DNA of 61,757 nucleotides, filler included, from a bacterium (lineage in GTDB: Bacteria > J088 > JAWLBW01), in the NCBI GenBank assembly GCA_041690355.1. It is 3 parts of 3 records of this genome, joined end to end, with 100 filler letters (N's around TTAATTAATTAA, not from the genome) between each part and the next. Parts side by side here need not be neighbours in the genome. Positions count along the whole stretch, not along the records: positions 28,554 to 55,888 come from JAWLHK010000033.1; 2 more parts are not named here. One strand, written 5' to 3'. The stretch's first letter is position 1, and the number at the start of each line of letters is the position of its first letter. Made by a program: the position numbers and the translations under genes. Below the pieces are notes generated by a model. That model had not been told where the DNA came from and did not search any database. It was given only the letters and a program-made list of their open reading frames with translations. Positions 30,344-40,887 of this stretch are shown here, one piece after another.

Positions 30344-30969
30344 CGGCCGGCGGCGCCCGGCCGGTGCTCGTGGTGGCCACGGGGAATATGGGGAAGCTGC
30401 GTGAAATCCGCGCGCACCTGGAAGGCGTTCCCCTCGACGTCCGCTCGCTGGCGGATTTTCCGCCCATGGCTGCACCCGAAGAGGATCAGGATACCTTCGA
30501 GGGGAATGCGCGCCTCAAGGCCTGCTACTATGCGGAACGACTGGGCGCGTGGGTGCTCGCCGACGACAGCGGGCTCGAGGTCGACGCCCTCGGCGGGGCT
30601 CCCGGCGTGCACTCGGCGCGCTATGCGGGCGAGCAGGGGAACGACGAGGCGAACAACGCGCGCCTGCTGCGTGAGCTCCACGGAGTTCCCGACGAGAAGC
30701 GTACCGCCCGGTTCCGCTGCGTTCTCTGCATCACGGGCGAAGGCCTGCCGGGCGGCGAGCGCTGCTTTTCGGGCGTCGTCGAAGGGCGCATCCTGCATGC
30801 GCCGCGCGGAACGGATGGGTTTGGCTACGATCCGCTCTTCTTTCACGAAGCGCTGGGCTGCACGACGGCCGAAATTCCCCTCGCCGAGAAGAACCGCATC
30901 AGCCACCGGGGCCAGGCCCTGGATGACCTGCGAGCATATCTTGAGTTACGAGTGACGAGTGACGAGTGA
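30340..30969 (+). CDS. rdgB: Non-canonical purine NTP pyrophosphatase (RdgB/HAM1)
   Basis: ATGN.GKL.E, ADDSGL.VDAL.GAPG..SARYAG, GFGYDP.F, KN.ISHR. ATGA overlap with rph. Confidence 0.96.
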   Translation: MTAGGARPVLVVATGNMGKLREIRAHLEGVPLDVRSLADFPPMAAPEEDQDTFEGNARLKACYYAERLGAWVLADDSGLEVDALGGAPGVHSARYAGEQGNDEANNARLLRELHGVPDEKRTARFRCVLCITGEGLPGGERCFSGVVEGRILHAPRGTDGFGYDPLFFHEALGCTTAEIPLAEKNRISHRGQALDDLRAYLELRVTSDE

Positions 30970-31155
30970 CGAATCAGGGGCGATTTATAATTGACGATTT
31001 ACGATTGACGATTTGTCCGAAAGGACTTGTGCAGAGTGGTCCTAGCCTCGTTGGCGCTCAGCGCTTGGTGCTTGGCGCTTACCCCCCCCCTCGCTTTGCC
31101 TGCCTTCGTTCGGGCCCTTGCTTCTCAGGAATCAGGAATGAGGAATCAGGAATCA
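30945..31155. repeat. Mosaic heptamer tandem repeats (GTGACGA, TTGACGA, GCGCTTG, AGGAATC)
   Basis: Short runs of four different 7-mers visible directly; the same motifs recur near 51890, 54991 and 58706. Confidence 0.8.
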
Positions 31156-31178
31156 AGCGCGGCGCGGGAGGCCGATTC

Positions 31179-31207
31179 TTGCACGAATGGCCGCGCTTTG
31201 GTATGCT
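31179..31207 (+). promoter_or_regulatory. Sigma70-type promoter of tRNA cluster
   Basis: TTGCAC-17 bp-TATGCT with extended TG, about 60 bp before tRNA-Pro. Confidence 0.65.
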
Positions 31208-31265
31208 AATCGTTTCGCCTTGGCGCGTGTCCTGCGCCGCAGGCAGGGCTCTTTGACAGCATTGA

Positions 31266-31342
<77 letters not shown>

Positions 31343-31409
31343 TCTTGCACCCGTGCGGGACGCGATCCGAAAAGGCCGGGTGGTCCGAGAAACCCGTGGC
31401 GAAGAACAG

Positions 31410-31486
31410 GCGCCCGTAGCTCAGTTGGACAGAGCAACGGCCTTCTAAGCCGTGGGTCAGAGGTTCGAATCCTCTCGGGCGCGCCA
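31410..31486 (+). tRNA. tRNA-Arg(TCT)
   Basis: Cloverleaf; acggc-CT TCT AA-gccgt; CCA end. Confidence 0.96.
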
Positions 31487-31546
31487 TTACCGCCGCCGTG
31501 CCGACGCGCCGTTCGCGCGAAGCATCGCGGGGTTTGTACGTTTTGT

Positions 31547-31623
31547 GGTGGCTTTAGCTCAGTTGGTAGAGCGCCAGGTTGTGGTCCTGGATGTCACGGG
31601 TTCAAATCCCGTAAGTCACCCCA
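31547..31623 (+). tRNA. tRNA-His(GTG)
   Basis: ccagg-TT GTG GT-cctgg; encoded G-1:C73; CCA end. Confidence 0.96.
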
Positions 31624-31661
31624 GTTTTTTCCGGTCCCCTTCGGCCCGTGAGCGAAGCAGC

Positions 31662-31738
31662 GCGCCCTTAGCTCAGCTGGATAGAGCATCAGGCTTCGAA
31701 CCTGAGGGTCGGGGGTTCGAATCCCTCAGGGCGCACCA
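31662..31738 (+). tRNA. tRNA-Arg(TCG)
   Basis: tcagg-CT TCG AA-cctga; GGTTCGAATCC; CCA end. Confidence 0.95.
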
Positions 31739-31809
31739 GTTTTCGACCGGCAGAGTTTTTCCGTGCGGCGCCGCCGTTCGGATGGTAAAATAAAGAGATA
31801 TCCTGACTT

Positions 31810-31885
<76 letters not shown>

Positions 31886-31890
31886 AGTCG

Positions 31891-31928
31891 AAAGCGGGGT
31901 TTCGCGAAAGCGGAACCCCGCTTTTTTT
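31891..31928 (+). terminator. Intrinsic terminator after tRNA cluster
   Basis: aaagcggggtttcgc-gaaa-gcggaaccccgc hairpin followed by a T tract. Confidence 0.85.
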
Positions 31929-32059
31929 GTGCGCGGAGCGGGCAGGGGGGATGCAGCCGCGGGCCCGGGCGGGACTCCATTCCCGTCGCCTCCTTGCGTC
32001 GCCGGTTCCCTCCCGGCATGCCTCCGGCGAAGAAATATCGCGCCGCCCTGAGTTCTTCA

Positions 32060-32088
32060 TTGTCCAGCAGCGGGCGAATTGCTATGAT
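32060..32088 (+). promoter_or_regulatory. Sigma70-type promoter of giant lipoprotein gene
   Basis: TTGTCC-17 bp-TATGAT with extended TG. Confidence 0.55.
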
Positions 32089-32135
32089 CTGGAGCGCTCT
32101 GCTCCATGACGGTCAGCGGAGCCGAAAGGTTCCCC

Positions 32136-35100
32136 ATGCGATATCTTCTGCTTGCGCTCACGTTGACGGCCGTCGCGGCGGCCGGGTGCCGTTCGGAGAC
32201 CGAGGCGCCGGGCGGCCCCCGCCTGGTCGAAGTCGCCCCTGCTGCGGCGGCGCCCGGAGATCTGGTCACCGTGATCGGAAGCGGACTTGGACGTTCCGGG
32301 ATGCTCTTTCTCGGCGACGTGCGTGTGGAGGCGTCGTCATGGTCTGACCGCGAAATCCACGTCACGGTGCCGCCGCTGCCGCCGGGGACGGTCACGCTCT
32401 TCGTGGTGACCGGTGAGAAGAGCAACGAACTCGAGTTTGAAGTGCTCGAGGCGCCGGCCGCGCGGCCCCCGTCCCTCACGTCGGTGGCCCTGGGCGCCGG
32501 CCCCTTCTACACGAACGATACTCTCGTCGCGAAGCCCGCGGGGTGGAAGAGCGAGAGCGGCGCCGAGCCGGACTATGCCTACGCCTGGTCGGTCAACGGC
32601 ACGGCCGCCGTGGGGTTCGGCGATTCGCTCCCCGGGTACGCGTTTCAGAAGGGTGACCGCGTTCAGGTACGGGTGACCCCGCGCGAAGGTGACCGCGAGG
32701 GCGAACCGGTCGACTCGAACACGATTGTCATCGCGAACGCCCGTCCGGTGGTCGACAGCGTGCGGCTCGGCGCCGGCCCGGTCGACGTCACGGGAACCTT
32801 GACCCTGGCCGGCGTCGGCGTCAGCGATCTCGACTATGACGTGATTACGCTCGCCCATCAGTGGGTCGTCAACGGCACGCCACTGCCCTCAGAGACCGGC
32901 GCCACGCTGGCCGCCGCCGGCTTGGCCAAGGGCGATTCCGTCCTCCTTCGCGTGCGCCCCTTCGACGGCGAAGACCATGGGGCGTGGGTCGACTCCGGCG
33001 CCATCGTCATTCAGAACGCGGTTCCCGCGGTCGCCGGCGTCACGTTCGCGGCCGACGGATACACGGCCGGCGAGGCGGTGATCGCGGTTCCCCACGGCGC
33101 AACCGATCCGGATGGCGACGCCCTGAGCTGGCAGTTCGCGTGGACGCGGGACGGCGTGGCGCTCGACGGTGTCGAGACCGATACGCTGCCCGGCGGCCTG
33201 ACCACGCGGGGGAGCACGGTGGCGGTGCGCGCGCGGCCGTTCGACGGCGAAAGCTACGGCGAGTGGAGCGAGAGCGCGCAGACGGTCATCGCCAATGCGC
33301 CGCCGGCTCTCGCGTCCGTTTCCATCGCCGGCGGACCGTTTCAAACCGACGATACCCTGACGGCCGTTCCGTCGGGGTGGAGCGACGCCGACGACGATAC
33401 GCCCGGGTACGAATTTGCGTGGACGGTGAACGGCCTTCCGGTCCCCGGCGAAATTGCGGCGACGCTCGGGGGGAACCGGTTCGAGAAGGGAGACGTCGTC
33501 GCAGTCGCGGCCCGCCCGTTCGACGGGCTGAGCTTCGGAGCCTGGGTGGACTCTGTGCCGGTCGTGATCGAAAACTCCCCGCCCGCATTTCCGCAGTTCG
33601 CTTCGGCCGTGCTCGGCAGCGGGTATGGCGCTGATGCGGTGATCGGCGTTCTCGTGACCGGGTGGAGCGATCCGGATGGCGATGTGCCCGGATATCGTTT
33701 CGAATGGTCGGTGAACGGCACGGCCGTTACCGATGTGGCCGATGCAGCCCTGAGCGGAGAGTACTTCGCCCGGGGAGACGTCGTGCGTGTGCGCGTCTGG
33801 CCGTTCGATGGCGAGTCAAGCGGCGATCCCATCGACAGCAACGAGACGGTCATCGTGAATTCCGCCCCGCGGTTGACGGCCGTGACGCTCGGCGCGGGCC
33901 CGTTCCGCACCGAGACCACGTTGTCACCGGCGGAACTTCAGGTCGAAGATCCGGACGGCGATGCGCTGACGTTCGCCTACCGGTGGAGCGTGAACGGCTC
34001 TGCGCTGGCGGTGACCACGGCTTCGCTGGATCCTTCGTGGTTCCACAAGGGCGATACGGTCACCGTCGCCGTGCAGGCGTTCGACGGCGCCGCCTACAGC
34101 GAGTGGCTGGAGAGCGCCGCCGTCACCATCGTCAACACGCCGCCGACCCTCGCCTCAGCCTCGCTGGGCACGGGCCCGTTCCGCACGAACGATACGCTCT
34201 CGGTCACGGTGTCGGGGTGGTTCGATGCGGATGGCGATACGGCCGGCTACGGGTACGCGTGGTTTGTGAACGGCGTCACGGTCGCCGGCGAGACCGCGGC
34301 GTCGCTGAGCGGAACGCATTTTTCGCGCGGAGACGAGGTCGTCTGCGCGGTCACCCCCCACGACGGCGAGGAGAGCGGAATCGCGGTGCTCTCCAATTTC
34401 GTCCCCATCGACAACACGCTGCCCGAGGCCCTGGCCCTCTCGCTGACGCCGGCTACCGCGTATACGACGACGGATCTCATTGCACAGTGGACCTTCGCCG
34501 ACGACGACCAGCAGGTCGACGCCGGAAGCGCGGTGCGCTGGTTCCGTAACGGGACCCGCGAGAACACGCTCGATGACGAGCTGGCCCTCCCGGCGGCGCA
34601 GACGGCCAAAGGCGAAGTCTGGCACTTCGAAGTGACCCCCTGGGACGGCATCGACTGGGGGGCCACGGTGACCTCGTCTGCCGTCCTCATTCTGAATACG
34701 CCGCCGACGCTGGCCGCGTTCAGCATCGGCGAGGGGCCCTTCTACCGCGATTCGGTCCTCTCCGTGCCACCCCTCACGGCCGAAGACCTCGACAACGACG
34801 GGCAGACCTACGTCTACCGGTGGCTGGCCGACGGCACCGAGGTCGGCACCACGTCGACGCTGTCGGGGGCGGTGCTGACCCGGGGCACGGCAATCCAGGC
34901 TGCCGCGCGTGCGTTCGATGGCGAGGCCTACTCCGAGTGGGCCTACGGTAATGTCGTCACCATTGCAAACAGCCCCCCGTCGATCACCGGCGTGACTCTG
35001 AGCGCGGCGGTCCTCGGCGCCGGCGATCCGATTGCTGTCGCCGGCATCTTTGGCTGGCAGGATATCGACGGCGACACCCCTGGCTATACCTATGAGTGGT

Positions 35101-38100
35101 ACGTCAACGGCGGCCTTGTGGCCGATGTCGCCGCGTCCGCATTCCCCGCCGGGAGGCTGGCCGAGGGGGATGAGATTTTCGCGCGCGTGCGCCCGGCCGA
35201 CGGCATCGACACGGGCAACCCTGTGGACAGTGCCGTCTTGCTGGTTCTCCCGCGCCCCGCCATCGACAGCCTCAGTGCCTCCGCAAGCTACTACCCGGCG
35301 ATCGTGACGGCATCGGGCCAGAACTTCGGTGCGGCACAGGGGACCGGCCAGGTTCTCGTGGGCGGCGTCGCCGCCGCGATTGTCAGCTGGTCGTCGACGG
35401 TCATCGAATTCACGGTTCCCCCCGGCGCGCCGGGCGGCGCTGTCGAGGTCATCGTCCGCGCCGACACGGGGCTCGAGAGCGCGCCTGCGGGCTTGACGCT
35501 TCTGCCGCGCCTCGTCGCGGTTACGCCGTCTGCGGGATGGACGAATGCCACCGTCGCGGCAACGGGGTATCACTTCGGATCGCCGCAGGGGTCCGGCGAA
35601 CTGCATTTCAACGGGGCTCCTGCGGCGGTATTCGCCTGGTCGAACGCGGCGATCGATTTCCAGGTGCCCGTCGGCCTTGCTTCGGGGACCTATGACGTCG
35701 CCGTCCAGAGCGGGGTCGCCTTCAGCAATTCCGTTACCTTTGCGATCATCCCCACGCCGCTCGAAACTCCGGTGAACCTCACGGCGGTCTCGGGGGCGGT
35801 CGGCGAAGCGACCGTCACCTGGGACGATACGAATTGGGCGGAATCCGGGTATCAGGTGGAACGCAGGACGACCGACTCCACGTTCACCGTTGTGGCGACC
35901 TTGCCGGCCGATTCCGCGCTCTTCCAAGATACCGGACTCATGCCGGGCGCGGAGTATACGTATCGCGTCATCGCTTTCAACGGACCTGAACTGTCGCCGT
36001 ACAGCAACGCGGATACCGCAACGGTGCGCGGCGGAACGTTTGCACCGGTGTCGCTGGCGGCAGGGGGCAATCACACCTGCGCCATTGTCGAAGACGGTCG
36101 CGTGCGCTGCTGGGGGTGGAACTATCACGGGCAGCTCGGCGACGGGACCACGGAGCGTGCCCCTGTGGCGACGACGGTGAAGGGAATTTCCGGCGTGGTG
36201 CAGCTTGCCGCCGGTTCCAATCATACCTGTGCCCTTACCGGCGATGGCGCCGTAACCTGCTGGGGCGAGAATTCATTCGGCCAGTTGGGCAACGGAACGC
36301 AGATTGGAACGCTGACGCCGATGGCGAGTTCCTTCACCGCGGGGGTCGAAGCCATCACGGCAGGCGACTATCATATGTGCGCCCTTCTGCAAACCGGGGC
36401 GTTGCATTGCTGGGGGGATAATGCATACGGCCAGCTTGGCGACGGGAGTACTACAACCCGCACCTCACCTGTGACCGTGAGCGGCTTGAGCTCCGGCGTC
36501 GCCGGCGTTGATGCGGGAGGCATTCATACCTGCGCGGTTCTGGATACGGGCGGCGTGAAGTGCTGGGGATACAACGGCGGGGGACGTCTCGGAAACGGCT
36601 CGACGGCCACCAGTTACCTGCCGGTGAACGTGTCGGGCCTCAGCGGTGCGACGGCGGTATCTGCCGGCGGGAGTCAATCGTGTGCAATCGCCGGTGGGGC
36701 GCTCTATTGCTGGGGGCTGGGCGGGCTGGGCCAGACCGGCGACGGCGCGTACACGAACCGAAACGTGCCCGTGAGCGTTCTCGGCATGGGTTCGGGCGTC
36801 ACGCAGATCACGACGGGGACATTGCACACCTGCGCGCTGAAATCCGACGGAGCCGTGTATTGCTGGGGTTACAACTCCAACGGACAGGTGGCCGACGAAT
36901 CCTTTGCCAAAACCGGTTTCCCCTTCCGGGTCGCGCTGCCGCTGCGCACCAGTGCCGTATTCGGCGGCGACTACCATACCTGCGCCCTGCAGGTGACTGG
37001 CGAGGTCGACTGTTGGGGGATGAACAGCGAGGGTGAACTGGGCGCCGATTACCTCTCGGTGCGGGGCGCGCCCGCGCCGGTGGTCGGCACCGAAACCCCC
37101 GCCGCGCTGTTCGCCGACGCCTTTGACAGCGGCACGGCCGACGCGGCAGACTGGGCGCTCCTGCAGGGCGACGCCGCCGTCTCCGGCCTTTATGCCCACT
37201 CGGCCTCCTATGCGCTGACCCTCGGGGCCGGCGGATCGGCAAGTACGGTCCTCTTCGATGCGAGCAGCTGCGCGCAGGGGGTGCGCTGGCAGTATTACGG
37301 CAAGCGCGGCCCCGAGGCGCCCGGAGCCGACGTGGCGCTTCTGCTCCGCTATCGTCCTTCGGCCGGGGGGTGGCTGACCGCAGACGAATGGAGCGGCTCC
37401 GGCGGCGTGGATTCGGATTTCATCTTCCGTACCGGCACGCTCCCCGGCGACGCCGCCCACACCGAGCTCCAGTTCGAATTCTCGAACTCGTCGGCAACGG
37501 CCGGCCAGGACCACTTCCGGGTCGACGATTTCGTGGTCGAGTGCGCCGAGCCTGCGCCGCAGTACCCGGTCTCGGTCTTCTATGACGACATGGAGGCCGG
37601 CGACAATGGGTGGGCCGCGGTGTCTCTGGCGGGTACCATCAAGTGGCACCGTATCGCGGAGCCGACCTGTTCGCCGAGCGCCTCTTCGCCGAGCGCAAGC
37701 TGGTACTTCGGTACCGATGCCACCTGTTCCTTTGCCGCCACCAACCGCGTGGCCGGCCGGCTCATTTCGCCGCCGGTCTTCGACCTGGTCGAAAATGCGG
37801 AGCTGAGTTTCCATTGGCGCAAGGGCACCGAGTGCACCTCCTGCGATTACGACAAGGCGACGGTGCAGATTTCGGCCGACCAGGGGGCGACCTGGACGCA
37901 GGTTCTGCAGGTGAACTACAACTCGGCCTCCTGGCTGCCGATGACCGGGATCAGTCTCGCCGCCTGGGCGGGTCAAGATATTCGCATCGGCTTCAAGTTC
38001 GACAGCGTCGACGGGGCTTCAAACTCATTTCTCGGATGGATGATCGACAACGTCCGCATCGCCGGCGCGGCCACAACGCCGTTGACGGTGGGGAACATGA

Positions 38101-40772
38101 GCGACACCACGGCAACTTATCCCTCGACTGTCACGGTTTCGGGGACTGGGTTCGGTTCGGTGCAGGGGACCGGCAGCGTTACGGTCGGCGGGGTTACGGC
38201 GACCATTGTCAGTTGGTCTGACACGTCGATCGAATTCCAGATTCCGAATGGCGCCTCTCTCGGCGAGCAGACCGTCGTGGTAACCAACGACAGCGGCGCG
38301 TCGGCGTCCGGCACGACGCCGATCTCGATCGTGCCGGCGATCTACGCGGTGACCCCGTCTTCGGTCGCCCCTGGAGAATCGGTCACGTTGTCCGGCTGGA
38401 ACTTCGGCACTTTGGACGACTCGAGCCAGGTGATGATCGACGACGCATTCATCAGCCCCGATTCGTGGGGTAACGTGAGCATCACTTTTACGGTTCCGCT
38501 CGAGGCCGCCGAGCAATCGTACTCCGTCGTCGTGGTCGTCGGCGGCCAGACCAGTAATGCACTGACCCTCACGGTGGCGGTGCCGGCGGTTATTCCGACC
38601 CGAAAGGTGGCCGTCATGTGGCAGTGGGGTGCGAGCGCCCCCTCCTATTTCGCGGGGACGTTCGTCAACGAAGCTTCAGCATTCGAGACCGTTTACAATG
38701 CCGACCCCGAGGGGCGCTTCGAGGCGACCGTCGTCGCGAATTTCGATTTCCTGTGGGCCTACGACGTGCTCGTCCTGCCTGACGAGCCGGTGCCCGACGC
38801 CGACCTCGCCAAGGTCGCTGAGTGGTTCGAATCCGGCGGCAAAGTGATTGTCGCGATTGACAGCGCCGCAAGCTATGCGTTCTATTCGGGATACCTCGCT
38901 CCGGAGGCCGCGGGGACCAGCGGGCACTTCACCCGCTGGGCCGACGTCTCGGGCACAGACGACCAGGAGGTCTCCGTCGCCGACCCCGCGACGGCCGGTT
39001 ACACGGTGGGCCAGGTGCTTTCTTCGGAAAGCGACAAGGCCGTCCTGATCCGGAGCATCCTTCCCGAAGACGTCGTGGTGCTCACGGAGCGCGCATCCAA
39101 TCCGGAATACGTCTACGCGGCCTATCGTGACGTGTCCTCGGTCGGCAGCCGCATCGTATTTCTCGGGCAGAGCGCGGTCCTCCCCGACGCCGGCAACCTT
39201 ATCCGGAATGTGAGCATCGCTCCGCTCGCAACCCGTGTCCTGTTCGCCGACGACTTTGAGTCGGGCACGTTGGCGAAGTGGCCGCAGACCGCGGGCGGCG
39301 CCTATGTGACGACGGATTATGGCGCCTCAGGATACAAATCCGTGAAGTTGGGCGGCGATAGCAGCTCCATACAGACCCATGCCCTCGACACCACGGTTTG
39401 CCCGCTGGGCATCCGCTGGTCCTACCGGGTGAAGCGCGGGCCCGACGCCCCCGAAACCGACGACTATCTGTCGGTGTCCTATGCCTACGATACCTACTAT
39501 GGGTTCATTCCTGTGGATGAGGTCTTTGGGAATTCCGCGGTTGATTCGGAGTTCACGGTACGCGAAGGCATTATTACCGCCGTCGATGCGTACCACGATG
39601 CGTTCACTCTTCTCTTTCAGTCGTTCGGTTCCGCCTGGGGAACCGATGATTTCTATGTCGACGACGTGGTCATTCGCTGCGAAAATCCGCCGTCCAGCAC
39701 CGGCGGGAGCGGCGAGCAGGTGGTTTTCTTCGACGACATGGAGAGCGGCCCGAACGGATGGACGCACGCATCCCTGGGCTCCGAAGACCTCTGGCATCAG
39801 CACGCGGGCACTTGTACTCCCCCAGGAGGAGAGCTGACCACGAGCTGGTATTTCGGCACGGCGAGCTGCACGTACGAAGGAAGCGGGCCTGTGGGCGGCC
39901 GTCTGCTTTCTCCGACGATTGCTTCGCTCCCCGGCTCTGCGGTGTTGAACTTCCGGTATTACCGGCAAACAGAGTGCGACTCCTGCACCTACGATATCAC
40001 TCGGGTACTCGTTTCAATCGACGGTGGGGGCAGTTTCACCGTACTCCAGACGATCACAGGACTTCCTGCGGGTTGGGTGGATTCGGGACCGATTGACCTC
40101 TCGAGCCTGGCGGGATACGACATCCAGCTGGCGTTCGAATTCGAGAGCATCGACATTACCGCCAACAATTACTTCGGCTGGATGATTGATGATGTATCGG
40201 TGACGGCGCCGCCTTCCACCGCGGATGTGGACAACTATGTGGTGAGGCCCGCCCCGTATTCGTGGGTTTCCGATGCCGACTCGGGTCAGGGCGTGCTCCT
40301 GTTCGGCGTCGGGAATGACGATGGTATCATCGGGATTTCGCTTCCGTTCACCGTCAAATTGTATGCGACCGAATACGACACGCTCAGCGTCAGTTCGAAC
40401 GGATTTGTCTCTTTTGGGACGCAGACTGATCACGGGTGCTGCGGAGGAACGCTTCCGACGACGCAGCTCCCCCAGACGATCATGCTGAACTGGAGAGATC
40501 TGTATCTGGGAAGCGGTGCTGAAATCCGGTATGCCATCACGGGGACGGCTCCTGACCGGCGTGTCGTCGTCAGCTATCTCAACGTAGGTAACTGTTGCAG
40601 CGGCGATTTGCCGGGCAACTTCCAGCTTGTGATCGACGAAGGTTCCAACATCTTTCTCGTTCAATATGGAGCCATTCAGTCCGTGGGCGAGGGAGGGATC
40701 AACCAGGGTGACGGCGTGACGTACACCGGATGGACGCCCGCGTTCCAGACTGCGTACTCGGTCGGGCCGTGA
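32136..40772 (+). CDS. Giant surface lipoprotein (IPT/TIG, 10 Ig-like repeats, FN3, RCC1 propeller, duplicated jelly-roll pairs, NIDO-like C-terminus)
   Basis: Lipobox AAGC; ten ~98-aa N..P...W.VNG...KGD...PFDG repeats; FN3 W.D....E.GY.VER; seven G..HTCA....G.V.CWG blades; F.DD.E.G...W.ID.V modules. Confidence 0.85.
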   Translation: MRYLLLALTLTAVAAAGCRSETEAPGGPRLVEVAPAAAAPGDLVTVIGSGLGRSGMLFLGDVRVEASSWSDREIHVTVPPLPPGTVTLFVVTGEKSNELEFEVLEAPAARPPSLTSVALGAGPFYTNDTLVAKPAGWKSESGAEPDYAYAWSVNGTAAVGFGDSLPGYAFQKGDRVQVRVTPREGDREGEPVDSNTIVIANARPVVDSVRLGAGPVDVTGTLTLAGVGVSDLDYDVITLAHQWVVNGTPLPSETGATLAAAGLAKGDSVLLRVRPFDGEDHGAWVDSGAIVIQNAVPAVAGVTFAADGYTAGEAVIAVPHGATDPDGDALSWQFAWTRDGVALDGVETDTLPGGLTTRGSTVAVRARPFDGESYGEWSESAQTVIANAPPALASVSIAGGPFQTDDTLTAVPSGWSDADDDTPGYEFAWTVNGLPVPGEIAATLGGNRFEKGDVVAVAARPFDGLSFGAWVDSVPVVIENSPPAFPQFASAVLGSGYGADAVIGVLVTGWSDPDGDVPGYRFEWSVNGTAVTDVADAALSGEYFARGDVVRVRVWPFDGESSGDPIDSNETVIVNSAPRLTAVTLGAGPFRTETTLSPAELQVEDPDGDALTFAYRWSVNGSALAVTTASLDPSWFHKGDTVTVAVQAFDGAAYSEWLESAAVTIVNTPPTLASASLGTGPFRTNDTLSVTVSGWFDADGDTAGYGYAWFVNGVTVAGETAASLSGTHFSRGDEVVCAVTPHDGEESGIAVLSNFVPIDNTLPEALALSLTPATAYTTTDLIAQWTFADDDQQVDAGSAVRWFRNGTRENTLDDELALPAAQTAKGEVWHFEVTPWDGIDWGATVTSSAVLILNTPPTLAAFSIGEGPFYRDSVLSVPPLTAEDLDNDGQTYVYRWLADGTEVGTTSTLSGAVLTRGTAIQAAARAFDGEAYSEWAYGNVVTIANSPPSITGVTLSAAVLGAGDPIAVAGIFGWQDIDGDTPGYTYEWYVNGGLVADVAASAFPAGRLAEGDEIFARVRPADGIDTGNPVDSAVLLVLPRPAIDSLSASASYYPAIVTASGQNFGAAQGTGQVLVGGVAAAIVSWSSTVIEFTVPPGAPGGAVEVIVRADTGLESAPAGLTLLPRLVAVTPSAGWTNATVAATGYHFGSPQGSGELHFNGAPAAVFAWSNAAIDFQVPVGLASGTYDVAVQSGVAFSNSVTFAIIPTPLETPVNLTAVSGAVGEATVTWDDTNWAESGYQVERRTTDSTFTVVATLPADSALFQDTGLMPGAEYTYRVIAFNGPELSPYSNADTATVRGGTFAPVSLAAGGNHTCAIVEDGRVRCWGWNYHGQLGDGTTERAPVATTVKGISGVVQLAAGSNHTCALTGDGAVTCWGENSFGQLGNGTQIGTLTPMASSFTAGVEAITAGDYHMCALLQTGALHCWGDNAYGQLGDGSTTTRTSPVTVSGLSSGVAGVDAGGIHTCAVLDTGGVKCWGYNGGGRLGNGSTATSYLPVNVSGLSGATAVSAGGSQSCAIAGGALYCWGLGGLGQTGDGAYTNRNVPVSVLGMGSGVTQITTGTLHTCALKSDGAVYCWGYNSNGQVADESFAKTGFPFRVALPLRTSAVFGGDYHTCALQVTGEVDCWGMNSEGELGADYLSVRGAPAPVVGTETPAALFADAFDSGTADAADWALLQGDAAVSGLYAHSASYALTLGAGGSASTVLFDASSCAQGVRWQYYGKRGPEAPGADVALLLRYRPSAGGWLTADEWSGSGGVDSDFIFRTGTLPGDAAHTELQFEFSNSSATAGQDHFRVDDFVVECAEPAPQYPVSVFYDDMEAGDNGWAAVSLAGTIKWHRIAEPTCSPSASSPSASWYFGTDATCSFAATNRVAGRLISPPVFDLVENAELSFHWRKGTECTSCDYDKATVQISADQGATWTQVLQVNYNSASWLPMTGISLAAWAGQDIRIGFKFDSVDGASNSFLGWMIDNVRIAGAATTPLTVGNMSDTTATYPSTVTVSGTGFGSVQGTGSVTVGGVTATIVSWSDTSIEFQIPNGASLGEQTVVVTNDSGASASGTTPISIVPAIYAVTPSSVAPGESVTLSGWNFGTLDDSSQVMIDDAFISPDSWGNVSITFTVPLEAAEQSYSVVVVVGGQTSNALTLTVAVPAVIPTRKVAVMWQWGASAPSYFAGTFVNEASAFETVYNADPEGRFEATVVANFDFLWAYDVLVLPDEPVPDADLAKVAEWFESGGKVIVAIDSAASYAFYSGYLAPEAAGTSGHFTRWADVSGTDDQEVSVADPATAGYTVGQVLSSESDKAVLIRSILPEDVVVLTERASNPEYVYAAYRDVSSVGSRIVFLGQSAVLPDAGNLIRNVSIAPLATRVLFADDFESGTLAKWPQTAGGAYVTTDYGASGYKSVKLGGDSSSIQTHALDTTVCPLGIRWSYRVKRGPDAPETDDYLSVSYAYDTYYGFIPVDEVFGNSAVDSEFTVREGIITAVDAYHDAFTLLFQSFGSAWGTDDFYVDDVVIRCENPPSSTGGSGEQVVFFDDMESGPNGWTHASLGSEDLWHQHAGTCTPPGGELTTSWYFGTASCTYEGSGPVGGRLLSPTIASLPGSAVLNFRYYRQTECDSCTYDITRVLVSIDGGGSFTVLQTITGLPAGWVDSGPIDLSSLAGYDIQLAFEFESIDITANNYFGWMIDDVSVTAPPSTADVDNYVVRPAPYSWVSDADSGQGVLLFGVGNDDGIIGISLPFTVKLYATEYDTLSVSSNGFVSFGTQTDHGCCGGTLPTTQLPQTIMLNWRDLYLGSGAEIRYAITGTAPDRRVVVSYLNVGNCCSGDLPGNFQLVIDEGSNIFLVQYGAIQSVGEGGINQGDGVTYTGWTPAFQTAYSVGP

Positions 40773-40887
40773 GCGCATAGTCCAAATCCAAATCGGGAAG
40801 CGTTTGCGCATGACTTCAGTCTTGCCGCGAGTGCCAGCGTGGACCTTGACGGAATATTCGCAAAAATGCGAAAATGCGGAGTGACAC

